Of a DNA stretch of 64,000 nt, positions 12,950 through 24,930 are shown one piece after another. Below the pieces are notes generated by a model. The model was given only the letters and a program-made list of their open reading frames with translations. It had not been told where the DNA came from and did no database searches. The DNA is from Acidobacteriota bacterium. GTDB lineage: Bacteria > Acidobacteriota > Vicinamibacteria > Vicinamibacterales > UBA2999. The position numbers and the translations under genes are program-made. Each line of letters opens with the position of its first letter. Positions within the stretch are counted from its first letter, which is position 1. The stretch lies in contig JBKPAJ010000023.1 of NCBI GenBank assembly GCA_046726375.1, forward strand, positions 258 through 64,257, in the 5' to 3' direction.

Positions 12950-13972
12950 TCAGGCGGGCCGCAACCCCGCATCGCTGCGACGGCGCCCGCGCGCCTCGTC
13001 TCGATCAACCTCGGTATTGCCGTACGCCTCGTAGGCCTTGACGATTGCCTGCACCAGCTTGTGACGAACGACGTCGCGCTCGTCGAAATACACGAACTCG
13101 ATTCCTTCGATCCGGCCAACCACGTGCATCGCTTCGACCAGACCCGAAGTGCGCCCGGTCGGCAGATCGATCTGGGTGATGTCGCCCGTCACCACCGCCT
13201 TCGAGCCGAATCCGAGCCGCGTCAGGAACATCTTCATTTGCTCGGTGGTGGTGTTCTGCGCCTCGTCGAGAATGACAAAGGCATCGTTCAGCGTGCGACC
13301 GCGCATGAAGGCGATGGGCGCGACTTCAATGGTGCCGCGCTCCAGCATCTTCTCGGCCTTCTCGATGTCCATCATGTCGTATAACGCGTCGTAGAGCGGG
13401 CGAAGGTAAGGATTGACCTTTTCCTGTAAATCGCCGGGCAGAAACCCCAGCTTCTCGCCGGCCTCGACCGCGGGACGCGCGAGGATGATACGTGAGACTT
13501 TCTTGGCGAGGAGATACGAAACGGCCTGCGCCATCGCGAGGTACGTCTTTCCCGTACCGGCCGGTCCGATGCCAAAGACGATGTCGTGGTGCTCGATCGC
13601 ATCGAGGTAGCGCCGCTGGTTGACCGATTTGGCCGTGATGCGGCGCTTGCCGGCCTGCCGCAGCTGCCCGCCTTTGAGGAAGTGCTCGCGCAGATCCGTC
13701 TCGGCGTCTTCCGAAAGGACGTCGATCGCGGTCTTGACGTCGCGCAACGAAAGATTATGGCCTTCGCTGATGAGTGCGCTGATCTGATCGACCAATCGCG
13801 CGACTTTTTCAGTGTTGGAGGCATCGCCCTGGACGATCAGCTCGTTTCCCTGCGTCTTGACGCGGACGTTGAGAAGCGATTCGAGATGACGGAGGTTCTC
13901 GTCGTATGCCCCGAAAAGGGTCTCGATAGCCGCCTCAGGGACGGCGATCTTGCGCTCGGATGTCGGTGGGAT
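12950..13972 (-). CDS. phoH: PhoH-like ATPase; probable ATC start at 13972 (track uses TTG at 13795)
   Basis: [29 protein letters not shown]. The frame stays open upstream through [13 protein letters not shown]; GAAGGAG lies 8 nt before the ATC. Confidence 0.9.
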   Translation of the reverse strand: MPPTSERKIAVPEAAIETLFGAYDENLRHLESLLNVRVKTQGNELIVQGDASNTEKVARLVDQISALISEGHNLSLRDVKTAIDVLSEDAETDLREHFLKGGQLRQAGKRRITAKSVNQRRYLDAIEHHDIVFGIGPAGTGKTYLAMAQAVSYLLAKKVSRIILARPAVEAGEKLGFLPGDLQEKVNPYLRPLYDALYDMMDIEKAEKMLERGTIEVAPIAFMRGRTLNDAFVILDEAQNTTTEQMKMFLTRLGFGSKAVVTGDITQIDLPTGRTSGLVEAMHVVGRIEGIEFVYFDERDVVRHKLVQAIVKAYEAYGNTEVDRDEARGRRRSDAGLRPA

Positions 13973-14130
13973 TCGCGTATCTCCTTCAGCTACAGTGATT
14001 TAACCTGTCGAGATCGTAGCAAGCCGTCTCTGACGCGTCAAGACGGCGGGTGGGGCGAAAGGGCGTGTGGGACGGTACGGCGGTAAGGATCACGCAGATT
14101 GGTACACAGCGAAGGCGCCCAAATATTTTC

Positions 14131-14245
14131 CAACCTGTCCGACGAGCCGCACCTGCGCAACCAGCCCGACCAGCCTTACCTGCCCGGTCGGCTTGACCTG
14201 AGCTACTCGCCTTGCCTCGCCCAAACCTGCCCCGCCCCAACAACC
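14131..14245. repeat. Degenerate 9-bp tandem array (CCnGCCCnA) downstream of aspS
   Basis: cctgtccga, cctgcgcaa, ccagcccga, ccagcctta, cctgcccgg and further degenerate units. Confidence 0.65.
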
Positions 14246-14246
14246 C

Positions 14247-16037
14247 CTAAATGGTTCGAATCTTCAACTCGCGCAATTGCCGCGGATCCACTTTTGACGG
14301 CGCGTCCGCCATCAGGTCCACAGCGGCCGTGGTCTTCGGAAACGGAATCACCTCTCGAATCGACGACTCGCCCGCCAGCAACGCGCAGATGCGGTCCAGG
14401 CCCAGCGCGAGACCACCATGCGGTGGAGTGCCGTACTCCAAGGCTTCAAGGAAGAAGCCGAAACGATCCTTGGCTTCTTCGTCCGACAGCCCGATCAGCC
14501 GAAAAACCCTGGCCTGTGTCTCGCGGTCGTGAATACGGATGCTCCCGCCGCCAAGCTCCCAACCGTTCAGGACGACATCGTAGGCCTTCGCGAGCACCTT
14601 GCCGGGATCGCTCTCGAGCAACGGCAGATCCTCTTCGCGCGGAGCGGTAAACGGATGGTTCACCGGATCCCATCGACGTTCGTCCGCATTCCACTCGAAC
14701 AGCGGAAAGTCGGTGAGCCAGAGCAGCGCCCACTTGCCTTCATCAATGAGGGTTTCTTTTTTCGCGACCTGCAGCCGCAACTGCCCGAGCATTTTGGAGG
14801 TTGCATCGGGCGGGCCGGAAGCGAGCACGAGCAGATCGCCGGGCTTGATGCCCGAGGCTTCGAGCACGCGTCGAATGCCGTCTTCGCCGATAGCTTTCAC
14901 AGACGACTGCACCGCGAGGGCTGAAGCCCCCCCAGCAGCGCCTTCCGGCGCATATCGTGCCCACACCAATCCCGCGGCGCCGAGCTGCTTGGCTTGATCA
15001 ACAAGCTCGTCCACTTCGCGACGCGAGTACTTCGCCGCGCCGGGAATCACAAATCCGCGAATCGTGCCGCCGTGCGCAACCGCCTCGCGGAAGATCCCAA
15101 ACGGCGAATCGACAAAAAGGCCCGCAAAATCCTGAATCTCGAGCCCGAATCGGAGATCAGGCTTGTCCGACCCGTACCTCGCAATGGCTTCGGCGTACGG
15201 CATCCGACGGAACGGACGCGGCACGTCGACGCCAATCTCGCGAAACGCGGCGGCAAGCGCACCTTCCACAACGTTGAACACCTGATCCGGCGTGGCAAAC
15301 GCCATCTCGAGATCGACCTGCGTGAATTCGAGCTGCCGATCGGCCCGTTGATCCTCGTCGCGGAAGCAACGGACGATCTGAACGTAGCGATCCATGCCGG
15401 AGATCATCAGGATCTGTTTGAAGATCTGCGGCGACTGCGGCAGCGCAAAGAACTCGCCTGGATGAAGGCGGCTCGGCACCAGGAAGTCGCGCGCGCCTTC
15501 CGGCGTCGACTTGGTCAGAATCGGCGTCTCGATTTCCCAGAAGCCCTGCTCGTCGAAGTACTTCCTGATGGCGAGCGCGATCCGGTGACGAAGCCCGATG
15601 TTGTACTGCAGACGCGGCCGCCGCAGGTCGAGATACCGGTACTTCAACCGGATTTCTTCCGAAACGTTCGATTCTTCGGAAATCGGGAAGGGCGGCGTGC
15701 GCGCCTCGTTGAGCACGCGCAGATCGCGCGCGCGCACCTCCACCTCGCCGGTCGGCAAGTTGGGGTTGGTCGTTTCTGGCGACCGCTGCTCGACCGTACC
15801 GATCACCGCGATCACAAACTCGGATCGCAGCCGCTTTGCGCGCTCGATCAGCGACTCGTCGCCCTCGATCACGACCTGCGTGTGGCCGTGCCGATCACGC
15901 ACGTCGATGAACAGAAGCGATCCGAGGTCGCGAATGCGATGCACCCAGCCCAGGAGGACGACGTCTTTGGCGACGTCGCTTGCGCGCAGCGCGCCGCAGG
16001 TGTGAGTGCGTTTGAGGTTACCTAACTGTTCCGCCAT
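14247..16037 (-). CDS. aspS: Aspartate--tRNA ligase
   Basis: RTHTCG, STPEGARDFLVPSR, ALPQSPQ, YGTPPHGG. Confidence 0.97.
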   Translation of the reverse strand: MAEQLGNLKRTHTCGALRASDVAKDVVLLGWVHRIRDLGSLLFIDVRDRHGHTQVVIEGDESLIERAKRLRSEFVIAVIGTVEQRSPETTNPNLPTGEVEVRARDLRVLNEARTPPFPISEESNVSEEIRLKYRYLDLRRPRLQYNIGLRHRIALAIRKYFDEQGFWEIETPILTKSTPEGARDFLVPSRLHPGEFFALPQSPQIFKQILMISGMDRYVQIVRCFRDEDQRADRQLEFTQVDLEMAFATPDQVFNVVEGALAAAFREIGVDVPRPFRRMPYAEAIARYGSDKPDLRFGLEIQDFAGLFVDSPFGIFREAVAHGGTIRGFVIPGAAKYSRREVDELVDQAKQLGAAGLVWARYAPEGAAGGASALAVQSSVKAIGEDGIRRVLEASGIKPGDLLVLASGPPDATSKMLGQLRLQVAKKETLIDEGKWALLWLTDFPLFEWNADERRWDPVNHPFTAPREEDLPLLESDPGKVLAKAYDVVLNGWELGGGSIRIHDRETQARVFRLIGLSDEEAKDRFGFFLEALEYGTPPHGGLALGLDRICALLAGESSIREVIPFPKTTAAVDLMADAPSKVDPRQLRELKIRTI

Positions 16038-16049
16038 ACACTTGTCGTC

Positions 16050-16127
16050 AGTCGCCGGTCCCCGGTTGCCGGGAATTCCGCAGATTCTTTAGTCGCCGGT
16101 CGCCAGTCGCCGGGAATTCCGCAGATT
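16050..16127. repeat. Two 37-bp direct repeats (period 41) containing GTCGCCR heptamers, spanning the hisS stop
   Basis: agtcgccggtccccggttgccgggaattccgcagatt (16050-16086) and agtcgccggtcgccagtcgccgggaattccgcagatt (16091-16127). Confidence 0.8.
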
Positions 16128-17435
16128 GTTTATGAATTCGGCTGCCTGGTCGCGGGCGATCGAGACCTGCTCGCCGCTCGTCAAATTCTTGATCGCCACT
16201 TGACCGCGCGCGGCCTCATCGTCTCCGATAATGGCGACGAAGGGGACGTTTCGTGAGCTCGCGTATTTGAACTGCTTGCCAATTTTGTCGGTGTCGGGAT
16301 AAACGTCCACGCGCAGTCCGCTTGCGCGAAGCTCGCCTGCCAGTCTTATCGCATCTGCGGCCCTATCGGCATTCCAGATGGTCACCATGACGTCAGCGGA
16401 GGTTGCGACGAGCGACGGCGGAAACATGTCGCGTTCGTCCATCACCACGAAGATCCGCTCGAGACCGAGCGAAATGCCGCAGGCGGGCACGTCCTCGCCA
16501 AGGAACATGCCAATCAAGTTGTCGTAGCGCCCGCCGCCGCCCAGCGACCCGGCGAGATCGGGCACGCGTAGTTCGAAGATTGCGCCGGTGTAGTAAGACA
16601 GGCCACGTGCAAGGGCTGGCTGAATCTTCACATAACGGCCGAAGCTGGTGGCCGCGCCCAACCGCACGATCTCCCGCACCTCGCGCAGCGCCATCGTTCC
16701 CCGCTCGTCGAGCGTCAGCTGCTGTGCTATCCAATCGAGCCAGTCGGCACGATTCGCAGCGGCAAGCCACGAACTGAGTTTCTCGCCCGCGGCAGCATCA
16801 ATCGCGCGGTCCTGAAGCTCTTTCAACACGCCTTCGGGGCCGATCTTGTCCAGCTTGTCGAGCGCGACCAGCGCGTCGTTGTGTTTCGCAGCGGGAATGC
16901 CAGCGCCACGCAAGAGCGCTGTCAGCAGCCCCCGATGATTCAGGGCGATTTCAAATTGCTGAAACCCAAGCCGCAGCATGACGTCGGCTGCCGCCGCGAG
17001 CAGCTCGGTTTCAACGACCATCGATCGCGAGCCAATCGCGTCGACGTCGCACTGATAGAACTCACGAAATCGACCTTTTTGCGGTCGATCAGCCCGCCAC
17101 ACTGGCTGCACCTGATAACGCTTGAAAAACTTCGGCAGCGTCGCTCGGTATTCGGCGATCACGCGGGCTAGCGGGACCGTGAGGTCGTAGCGCAGCGCCA
17201 TATCGGCGTCACCGGTTTTGCCTTCCTCTCCCCGCTTCAGAATCCGGAAGATGAGACGGTCGCCTTCGTCCCCGTACTTTCCGGTCAAGGTCTCGATGTT
17301 TTCTGCGGCGGGCGTCTCCAACGGCTCGAAGCCGTAACGCTGATACACGTCCCCGATCACGCCAATGACGTATTGGCGACGTCGGACGTCTTCAGGAAGA
17401 AAGTCCCGCATGCCGCGGGCGGGTTTGGTGTTCAT
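16089..17435 (-). CDS. hisS: Histidine--tRNA ligase
   Basis: RGMRDF, LRYDLTVP, WRADRPQKGRFREFYQCD, RGLSYYTG, GGGRYD. Confidence 0.97.
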   Translation of the reverse strand: MNTKPARGMRDFLPEDVRRRQYVIGVIGDVYQRYGFEPLETPAAENIETLTGKYGDEGDRLIFRILKRGEEGKTGDADMALRYDLTVPLARVIAEYRATLPKFFKRYQVQPVWRADRPQKGRFREFYQCDVDAIGSRSMVVETELLAAAADVMLRLGFQQFEIALNHRGLLTALLRGAGIPAAKHNDALVALDKLDKIGPEGVLKELQDRAIDAAAGEKLSSWLAAANRADWLDWIAQQLTLDERGTMALREVREIVRLGAATSFGRYVKIQPALARGLSYYTGAIFELRVPDLAGSLGGGGRYDNLIGMFLGEDVPACGISLGLERIFVVMDERDMFPPSLVATSADVMVTIWNADRAADAIRLAGELRASGLRVDVYPDTDKIGKQFKYASSRNVPFVAIIGDDEAARGQVAIKNLTSGEQVSIARDQAAEFINNLRNSRRLATGD

Positions 17436-17438
17436 GAG

Positions 17439-17590
17439 AGTTCAAAGTTCAAAGTTCAAAGTTCAAAGTTAGTGATTGAGTTAAAAGTTTGAAAGTTCCC
17501 AACTCCTCAACTTCCAATTTCCAACTTCCAACTTTCCAACTTTCCAACTTTCCAACTAACTTTGAACTTTGAACTTTGAACTTGTAACTT
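17439..17590. repeat. Inverted tandem heptamer array (AAGTTCA)n ... (TGAACTT)n
   Basis: Fills the dcd-hisS gap; the two arms are reverse complements, with a C-rich (ccaactt/t) core. Confidence 0.9.
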
Positions 17591-17592
17591 GT

Positions 17593-18147
17593 TCAGATCT
17601 TCGGCAGCGTCACTCCACGCTGCGCCTGATACTTGCCGGCCTTGTCCTTGTACGAGACCTCGCACGGCTCGTCGCTCTGAAAGAACAACACCTGGGCGAT
17701 GCCCTCATTCGCGTAGATCTTTGCCGGGAGCGGCGTCGTGTTCGAGATCTCGATGGTGACGTGCCCTTCCCACTCGGGCTCGAGGGGCGTGACGTTCACG
17801 ATGATGCCGCAACGCGCATAAGTGGACTTGCCAAGACACACGGTGAGCACATCGCGCGGAACTCGGAAGTACTCGATGGTGCGGGCGAGCGCAAACGAGT
17901 TGGGCGGCACGATGCAACAGTCGGCCTTGATGTCCACAAACGATCGCGGATCGAACTTCTTCGGATCGACGACCGAGTTGTAAACGTTGGTGAACACCTT
18001 GAAGTCGTCCGCCACGCGGATGTCGTAGCCGTACGACGACAACCCGAACGAGACCACACCCTCGCGCACCTGACGATCCTCGAATGGCTCGATCATGCCG
18101 TGCTCGAGCGCCATCCTGCGGATCCACCGATCGCTCTTTATTGCCAT
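17593..18147 (-). CDS. dcd: dCTP deaminase
   Basis: [35 protein letters not shown]. Confidence 0.96.
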   Translation of the reverse strand: MAIKSDRWIRRMALEHGMIEPFEDRQVREGVVSFGLSSYGYDIRVADDFKVFTNVYNSVVDPKKFDPRSFVDIKADCCIVPPNSFALARTIEYFRVPRDVLTVCLGKSTYARCGIIVNVTPLEPEWEGHVTIEISNTTPLPAKIYANEGIAQVLFFQSDEPCEVSYKDKAGKYQAQRGVTLPKI

Positions 18148-18150
18148 ATG

Positions 18151-18238
18151 TTTGGTCTGGTTGATCCAGTTCGTCAGGTAGTACCAGTAAAAGCGTTGAC
18201 CCGCCCGACCTGCCCAAGCTGCCCGAAACCGCCCTACC
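18151..18238. repeat. Degenerate inverted 9-bp array
   Basis: ggtctggtt/cgtcaggta-type units face cccgcccga/cctgcccaa/gctgcccga units. Confidence 0.55.
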
Positions 18239-18428
18239 TTCTCAGGAGCAATCCCAACAGCGTCAACACCACGCTCACCAGAATCGATGTCGTAATTGGC
18301 AAGTAGAACGTGAAGCCCTCGCGTCGAATGACAATGTCGCCGGGAAGCCGCCCCAGCGGCACGCCGAGCCAGATCAACGCGCCGATCGCCACGATGACCA
18401 GCCCGATGACGACGAGCGCTTGACCCAA
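18234..18428 (-). CDS. DUF2905-like small membrane protein
   Basis: LGRLPGDI...[12 protein letters not shown] motif; TTG start at 18428 chosen so that it does not overlap ndk. Confidence 0.85.
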   Translation of the reverse strand: MGQALVVIGLVIVAIGALIWLGVPLGRLPGDIVIRREGFTFYLPITTSILVSVVLTLLGLLLRR

Positions 18429-18435
18429 GGGACCG

Positions 18436-18849
18436 TTACCTGAGTTCCATGCCGCAGAAGAAGTAGCCGAGCTCGAAGGCGGCCGTGTCGGGCGCGTCGG
18501 ATCCGTGCGTCGCGTTGTTGTCGATCGACGCGCCAAATTCCTTGCGCAGCGTCCCGTCCGCGGCCTTGGCTGGATCGGTGGCGCCCATCAGGTCGCGCCA
18601 CTTGCGGATCGCGTCGGGGGCCTCGAGGCACATCACCACGCTCGGGCCGGAGGACATGAAATCGGTGAGCCCGCCAAAGAACGGCCGCTCGCGATGCACG
18701 TGATAAAAGCCTTCGGCTTCAGCCTTCGACATGTGAATCATCCGCATCGCGCGCACGTTGAAGCCTGCCTCCTCAACCCGCGCGAGTATGCGGCCCACGA
18801 CACCCTTCCGCACCGCGTCGGGCTTGATGATGGCAAATGTGCGTTCCAT
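18436..18849 (-). CDS. ndk: Nucleoside diphosphate kinase
   Basis: [29 protein letters not shown]. Confidence 0.97.
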   Translation of the reverse strand: MERTFAIIKPDAVRKGVVGRILARVEEAGFNVRAMRMIHMSKAEAEGFYHVHRERPFFGGLTDFMSSGPSVVMCLEAPDAIRKWRDLMGATDPAKAADGTLRKEFGASIDNNATHGSDAPDTAAFELGYFFCGMELR

Positions 18850-18951
18850 ATATCCGAACGATTATAGCCCGCCCGGCTCAGCCGCTGGCTTGGTCCCACG
18901 CTTGCAGTTTGCTCATCGGGCGGACGTGTGTTTGCCCGAGGAAGGGACATC

Positions 18952-19455
18952 ATGACGCACTTCAAGCACGCTGTTACGCTCTTTGCCGCGGCCGCGTTCC
19001 TCGCTGGCTCCGCCGCTGCGACGGCTCAACAAAAGCCGGCCGCGATAGGCTCGACCGTGACGATCGTCTCGTGCGTGGAGAAAGCGCAAAACAGCAGCGG
19101 CGACAAGTTGGTGCTCACGCATGTCGCCGATGTGCCGACGCAGCCGGCCACCCACGGGCGCGTCGTTTACTGGATTGAAGATGTCAGCAAGCTGAAGCCG
19201 CACGTCGGACATCAGGTGCGCATCACCGGCAAGGTCGCCAACGTGGACAAATCAGAGATCGAAGTCAGGAACAAAACCACCGGCGCGGTCGCTGAAATCG
19301 AGGGACACGGCACTGAGGTGAAGACGACGCCGGACAAGGCGCGCGTCTCCAATCCAGGTCAGACTCCAAAAGAACAGGACATCCCAACGACGGTCGTAAC
19401 GCTCGCGCTCGACAAGGTGGAGATGGTCGCTGAACGCTGCAAGCTCGTGCAGTAA
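18952..19455 (+). CDS. Secreted hypothetical protein, probable two-Cys OB-fold family
   Basis: Signal peptide; VTIVSC...HVGHQVRITG...MVAERC; GAAGGGA RBS. Confidence 0.75.
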   Translation: MTHFKHAVTLFAAAAFLAGSAAATAQQKPAAIGSTVTIVSCVEKAQNSSGDKLVLTHVADVPTQPATHGRVVYWIEDVSKLKPHVGHQVRITGKVANVDKSEIEVRNKTTGAVAEIEGHGTEVKTTPDKARVSNPGQTPKEQDIPTTVVTLALDKVEMVAERCKLVQ

Positions 19456-19460
19456 CTCGC

Positions 19461-19654
19461 GACTCTGGATTCCTGGAGATCTGGTGATTTGGAGCACATC
19501 TGGAGTTCTCCACATCATGGAGATCAGCAAATCTAGAAAATCTCGAGATCTGCTCCAAATCCATCTCTCCAAATCTCCATCTCTCCAAATCTCCATCTCT
19601 CCAAATCTCCATCTCTCCAAATCTCCATCTCTCCACCTCTCCACGTTTCCAGAT
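19461..19654. repeat. Inverted tandem octamer array (TGGAGATy ... AAATCTCC)
   Basis: Includes several perfect 16-bp atctctccaaatctcc units; lies between convergent genes. Confidence 0.9.
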
Positions 19655-20530
19655 TCACCCTCGCAGTACCTCAGCGACGGCGCTACCTATGTCCGCAGGC
19701 GACTTCACAACGCGAACGCCGGCAGCTGTAAGTGCGGCCATCTTTTCGGCCGCGGTGCCTTTGCCGCCGGCGATGATTGCACCGGCGTGACCCATCCGAC
19801 GCCCAGGCGGCGCCGTCTGACCCGCGATGAAGCCGACCACCGGCTTTCTGAAATTCGCCTTGATCCACGAGGCCGCTTCTTCTTCCGCGGAGCCGCCGAT
19901 TTCGCCGATCATGACCACGGCTTCGGTGTCGGCGTCGTTGGCAAAGAGCTGCAGCGCGTCGATGTACATCGTGCCGATCAACGGATCGCCGCCAATGCCA
20001 ACGCACGTCGTCTGGCCGAGGCCGAGCTTTGTGAGCTGATCGATCGCTTCATAGGTGAGTGTGCCGCTCTTCGACACGATGCCAACGCACCCTTCCTTGC
20101 AGATATGGCCGGGAATAATGCCGGCCTTGGCCTTGCCCGGCGAGATGATGCCGGGGCAGTTCGGCCCGATGAGGCGGGTTTGGGGATGCGATTTGAGAAA
20201 TGTGAGCGCCTTGAGCATGTCGAGCGTTGGAATGCCCTCGGTGATGCAAACCAGGAGGGCGATGCCAGCATCCGCGGCTTCCATGATGGCGTCGGCGGCA
20301 AACGCCGGCGGCACGAAGATCACTGACGTGTTCGCGTCTGTCGTCCTCACCGCTTGCGCGACGGTGTCGAACACCGGAAAGCCTTGGTGGACCGTGCCGC
20401 CTTTACCCGGAGTGACACCGCCGACAACGTTGGTGCCGTAGTTCTTTGCCTCCAAGGCGTGAAAAGTTCCTTCGCGTCCGGTCAAGCCCTGAACAATCAG
20501 CCGCGTGTTTTTGTCCAGAAGTACTGCCAA
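19655..20530 (-). CDS. sucD: Succinyl-CoA ligase alpha subunit
   Basis: [25 protein letters not shown]. Confidence 0.97.
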   Translation of the reverse strand: MAVLLDKNTRLIVQGLTGREGTFHALEAKNYGTNVVGGVTPGKGGTVHQGFPVFDTVAQAVRTTDANTSVIFVPPAFAADAIMEAADAGIALLVCITEGIPTLDMLKALTFLKSHPQTRLIGPNCPGIISPGKAKAGIIPGHICKEGCVGIVSKSGTLTYEAIDQLTKLGLGQTTCVGIGGDPLIGTMYIDALQLFANDADTEAVVMIGEIGGSAEEEAASWIKANFRKPVVGFIAGQTAPPGRRMGHAGAIIAGGKGTAAEKMAALTAAGVRVVKSPADIGSAVAEVLRG

Positions 20531-20542
20531 GTCCCAACCCCT

Positions 20543-20567
20543 GTAGAGGCCGGCCTTCAGGCCGGCC
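20543..20567 (+). repeat. GTAG-foot REP-like palindrome
   Basis: gtag-a-ggccggcc-ttca-ggccggcc. Confidence 0.75.
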
Positions 20568-20572
20568 GTTTA

Positions 20573-21733
<1,161 letters not shown>

Positions 21734-21743
21734 AGGGAATATT

Positions 21744-21911
21744 GTCGTCGACAGTCAACGGTCGCCGGTTGAGGGGGAGGTCGACAGTCGTCAGTCGCCG
21801 GCCGACCTCTGAAAAACAGTCGACAGGAACCAGCGACCCCGGCGACTGGCGACCGTTGAGTGGCGACGGCTCTATACCGACCGGGCGACTGCCGATCGTT
21901 GACTGGCGGCA
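21744..21911. repeat. Inverted tandem heptamer array (GTCGmCR ... YGkCGAC)
   Basis: gtcgaca/gtcaacg/gtcgccg/gtcgtca face ggcgact/ggcgacc/ttgactg. Confidence 0.8.
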
Positions 21912-21914
21912 GCT

Positions 21915-22847
21915 TTATACCTTGATAACGTCGACTAATTCTTTAACCGCGCCTGCGGACTTCTGCAGTGCCGCGTTCTCGTCCGCCGTCAGCTTGACCT
22001 CGATGATCTGCTCGACGCCGCGGGCACCAAGTTTCACCGGCACACCCACAAAGAGGTCGCGGATGCCGTACTCGCCCTGCAGATACACCGAGCACGGCAT
22101 GATTTTCTTCTGGTCCTTGAGAATCGCTTCCACCATCTCGGCGGCGGAGGCACCGGGTGCGTACCACGCGCTCGTGCCCACCAGTTTCGTGATCTCCGCG
22201 CCGCCATTGGCGGTGCGCTCCGAAATCGCGGCAATGCGCTCGGCCGGCAACAGTTCAGTAATCGGAATTCCCGCAACGGTCGAATAGCGAGGCAACGGCA
22301 CCATCGTGTCGCCGTGGCCGCCGAGCACGAACGCCGACACATTCTCGACCGACACGTTCAATTCCATCGCGATAAAGGTGCGCATGCGCGCGGAGTCGAG
22401 CACGCCGGCCATCCCGATGACGCGCTCGCGCGGCAACTTGCTCAAACGATAGACGGCCTGCGCCATGGCGTCGAGCGGGTTGGCGACCGGCACGATGATG
22501 CAGTTCGGAGAGTGCTTGACGATTTCGGCCGTGACGTCCTGCATGATCTTGTAGTTGACCGAAAGCAGGTCGTCGCGGCTCATGCCCGGCTTGCGCGGCA
22601 CGCCCGATGTGATGACGACGACGTCAGAGCCGGCAGTCTCGGCAAAATCTTTGGTGCCGACACCCACAACGCGTGCCGCCGATCCTTCGATCGGGCACGA
22701 TTCGTAGATGTCGAGCGCGATGCCGGCGGCTTTGGTCTCGGCGATGTCGACGATCACGACGTCGGCGAGTTCCTTTTGCGCGATCGCGCGCGCGACCGTG
22801 GCCCCAACGTTGCCCGCGCCGCCGACGACTGTCACTTTTCGGTTCAT
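21915..22847 (-). CDS. mdh: Malate dehydrogenase (LDH-like)
   Basis: [33 protein letters not shown]; upstream of sucCD. Confidence 0.96.
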   Translation of the reverse strand: MNRKVTVVGGAGNVGATVARAIAQKELADVVIVDIAETKAAGIALDIYESCPIEGSAARVVGVGTKDFAETAGSDVVVITSGVPRKPGMSRDDLLSVNYKIMQDVTAEIVKHSPNCIIVPVANPLDAMAQAVYRLSKLPRERVIGMAGVLDSARMRTFIAMELNVSVENVSAFVLGGHGDTMVPLPRYSTVAGIPITELLPAERIAAISERTANGGAEITKLVGTSAWYAPGASAAEMVEAILKDQKKIMPCSVYLQGEYGIRDLFVGVPVKLGARGVEQIIEVKLTADENAALQKSAGAVKELVDVIKV

Positions 22848-22996
22848 ATGAGCTCCGCGTATTAGGTCAGATCGCCCCGCGCTCGATCGGCGGCGTCCAC
22901 AGATTCTGTGGAAAACCGTGTTGAAAACAGCGCGTCAACAACATGTAACGGACGCGTTTTCTAAGAAAACAGCGTATTGCACCATAGATGGTGAAC

Positions 22997-23220
22997 GGTC
23001 CCACGTAGGTTCCGCACCGGGGTTCCGCACGGCAGCTCACGGCGGTTCCTCACCTACGTTCCTCACCTCGGTTGCTCACGGGCCTTCGCGTGCGTTCGGC
23101 ACGTTGGTGCTAGAACCCACGTCAACTGGCGTCAAGAACGAACGTAAAGAACCTCCGTGAACCACTGGAAGGAACTCACGTGAAGAACTGCCATGAGGAA
23201 CCCACGTGATCCGCCCACGG
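22997..23220. repeat. Degenerate inverted ~13-bp tandem array between divergent mdh and serA
   Basis: ggttccgcaccgg/ggttccgcacggc/ggttcctcaccta/cgttcctcacctc face gtgaagaac/atgaggaac-type units. Confidence 0.7.
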
Positions 23221-23265
23221 TGCGCAGTCCGCGTGGGCGCACAAACTGTGGAATTATATCTGACG

Positions 23266-24846
23266 ATGAAAATCGTAGTCGCCGATGAACTGCCGGCGTC
23301 CGCCCTCGAGTTGCTGCGCGCCGAAGGATGGACTGTTGATGCGCGCAGCGGACGGAAGCCGCCGGAGCTTGCGGCCGATCTCGCCGACGCCGACGCCATT
23401 GTCGTCCGGAGTGCCACCAAAGTCACTGCCGATCTGATCGTCGCGGCGCCGCGGCTTCGCGCGATCGCGCGCGCGGGCACCGGCGTCGACAACGTCGATG
23501 TGGACGCAGCGAGCGCGCGCGGCATCGTGGTGATGAACGCGCCTGGCGCAAACAGCATCAGTGTGGCGGAGTTGGCGATGGCACAGATGCTGGCACTTGC
23601 CCGAAAGGTTCCCGCCGCTGACGCCTCGATGAAGCAGGGTAAGTGGGATAAGAAGAGTTTTCTCGGCGAAGAGATTCGCGGCAAGGTGCTCGGCCTGGCC
23701 GGTCTCGGCCGCATTGGACAGGAAGTGGCACGTCGCGCGCGCTCGTTCGAGATGATGCTCATCGCTCACGACCCCTTCATCAGCGCGCAAGTGGCACGCG
23801 ACCTCGCCGTGGAGCTCGTCTCGCTCGACGCGTTGTGCGAGCGCGCCGACTTTCTATCGCTGCACATGCCGTCGACGCCGCAGACGCGTCATCTCTTCAA
23901 TGCCGAGCGGCTCGCGCGCTGCAAGAAAGGCATTCGCATCATCAACACGGCACGCGGCGAATTGATCGATGAGGACGCGCTCGCGGCAGCCATCCAAAGC
24001 GGTCAGGTCGGCGGCGCCGCCCTCGATGTGTTCGAGCAGGAACCAACGACCGATCAGACGCTCCAGCTGCTGCCGCAGGTAGTCGCCACACCGCACATTG
24101 CGGCCTCCACGCGCGAGGGTCAGGAGCTGGTGGGCGTTGAAACAGGGACGGCCCTTCGCGATTTTCTGAAGAACGGGATCATCCGCAACGCCGTCAATTT
24201 TCCGTCGGTCGCGGCGGACGAATTCCAGCGGCTGCAGCCGTACGTTGCGCTCGCGCGACAGCTTGGCTGCCTGCTCGGACAAATGGGCGACGCGCGCATC
24301 GAGGGCGTGAGCGTGCGCTACTACGGCGAGCTTGCACGCGCGTCCAATCCACTGATCCTGAGCGCTGTGCTCGTCGGCCTGTTCCGCGCGATCCTCTCCG
24401 AGTCGGTGACACCGGTGAATGCGCTTGCTGTCGCCAAGGCGCGCGGCATCGAGATTACTGAATCGCACAGCAGCCGCAGCCGCACGTATGCCAGCCTAAT
24501 TTCAGTCAAGCTGATGACCAGCGCCGGCGAGCGCTGGGTCGAAGGAACGGTTGTCCGCGACCAGCCGCGGCTTGTGCTGCTCAACGGCGTAGACGTCGAA
24601 GCGCCGCTCGATGGCACGATGCTGCTGCTGATGAACAACGATCAACCGGGCGTGATCGGCGCCGTCGGGACGATTCTCGGCCGCAACAATGTCAACATCG
24701 CAAGTTTTGCGCTCGGACGGCGGCCGGATGGCGCGGTGGGCGTCGTGAATCTGGACGATCCGAATGGAACGGGTGTCTCGAAGGAGATCGTCGACGAGAT
24801 CCGCCAGGCGCCCGGGATTAATGCGGTGTGGGTGGCTCGGGTGTAG
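23266..24846 (+). CDS. serA: D-3-phosphoglycerate dehydrogenase
   Basis: VRSATKVT, RAGTGVDNVD, GLGRIG, TPHIAAST, C-terminal ACT domain; ATG at 23266. Confidence 0.96.
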   Translation: MKIVVADELPASALELLRAEGWTVDARSGRKPPELAADLADADAIVVRSATKVTADLIVAAPRLRAIARAGTGVDNVDVDAASARGIVVMNAPGANSISVAELAMAQMLALARKVPAADASMKQGKWDKKSFLGEEIRGKVLGLAGLGRIGQEVARRARSFEMMLIAHDPFISAQVARDLAVELVSLDALCERADFLSLHMPSTPQTRHLFNAERLARCKKGIRIINTARGELIDEDALAAAIQSGQVGGAALDVFEQEPTTDQTLQLLPQVVATPHIAASTREGQELVGVETGTALRDFLKNGIIRNAVNFPSVAADEFQRLQPYVALARQLGCLLGQMGDARIEGVSVRYYGELARASNPLILSAVLVGLFRAILSESVTPVNALAVAKARGIEITESHSSRSRTYASLISVKLMTSAGERWVEGTVVRDQPRLVLLNGVDVEAPLDGTMLLLMNNDQPGVIGAVGTILGRNNVNIASFALGRRPDGAVGVVNLDDPNGTGVSKEIVDEIRQAPGINAVWVARV

Positions 24847-24930
24847 TAACCAGTCGCGCGTCATGCGTGCCGCGAGTACTCCCGCTACTGGCTACGGGCT
24901 ACTTGCTCTTTCACGCGAAGTAACCTCTCG
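24845..24930. repeat. Short degenerate inverted heptamer array (GTAGCCA/TGGCTAC type)
   Basis: agtaacc/agtcgcg face gctactg/gctacgg/gctactt. Confidence 0.4.

Noticed and set aside
19252-19644. ORFs such as MERWRDGDLERWRFGEM..., and 61201-61445
   Set aside because: These are translations of the octamer arrays that overlap real genes; there is no independent sign of coding.
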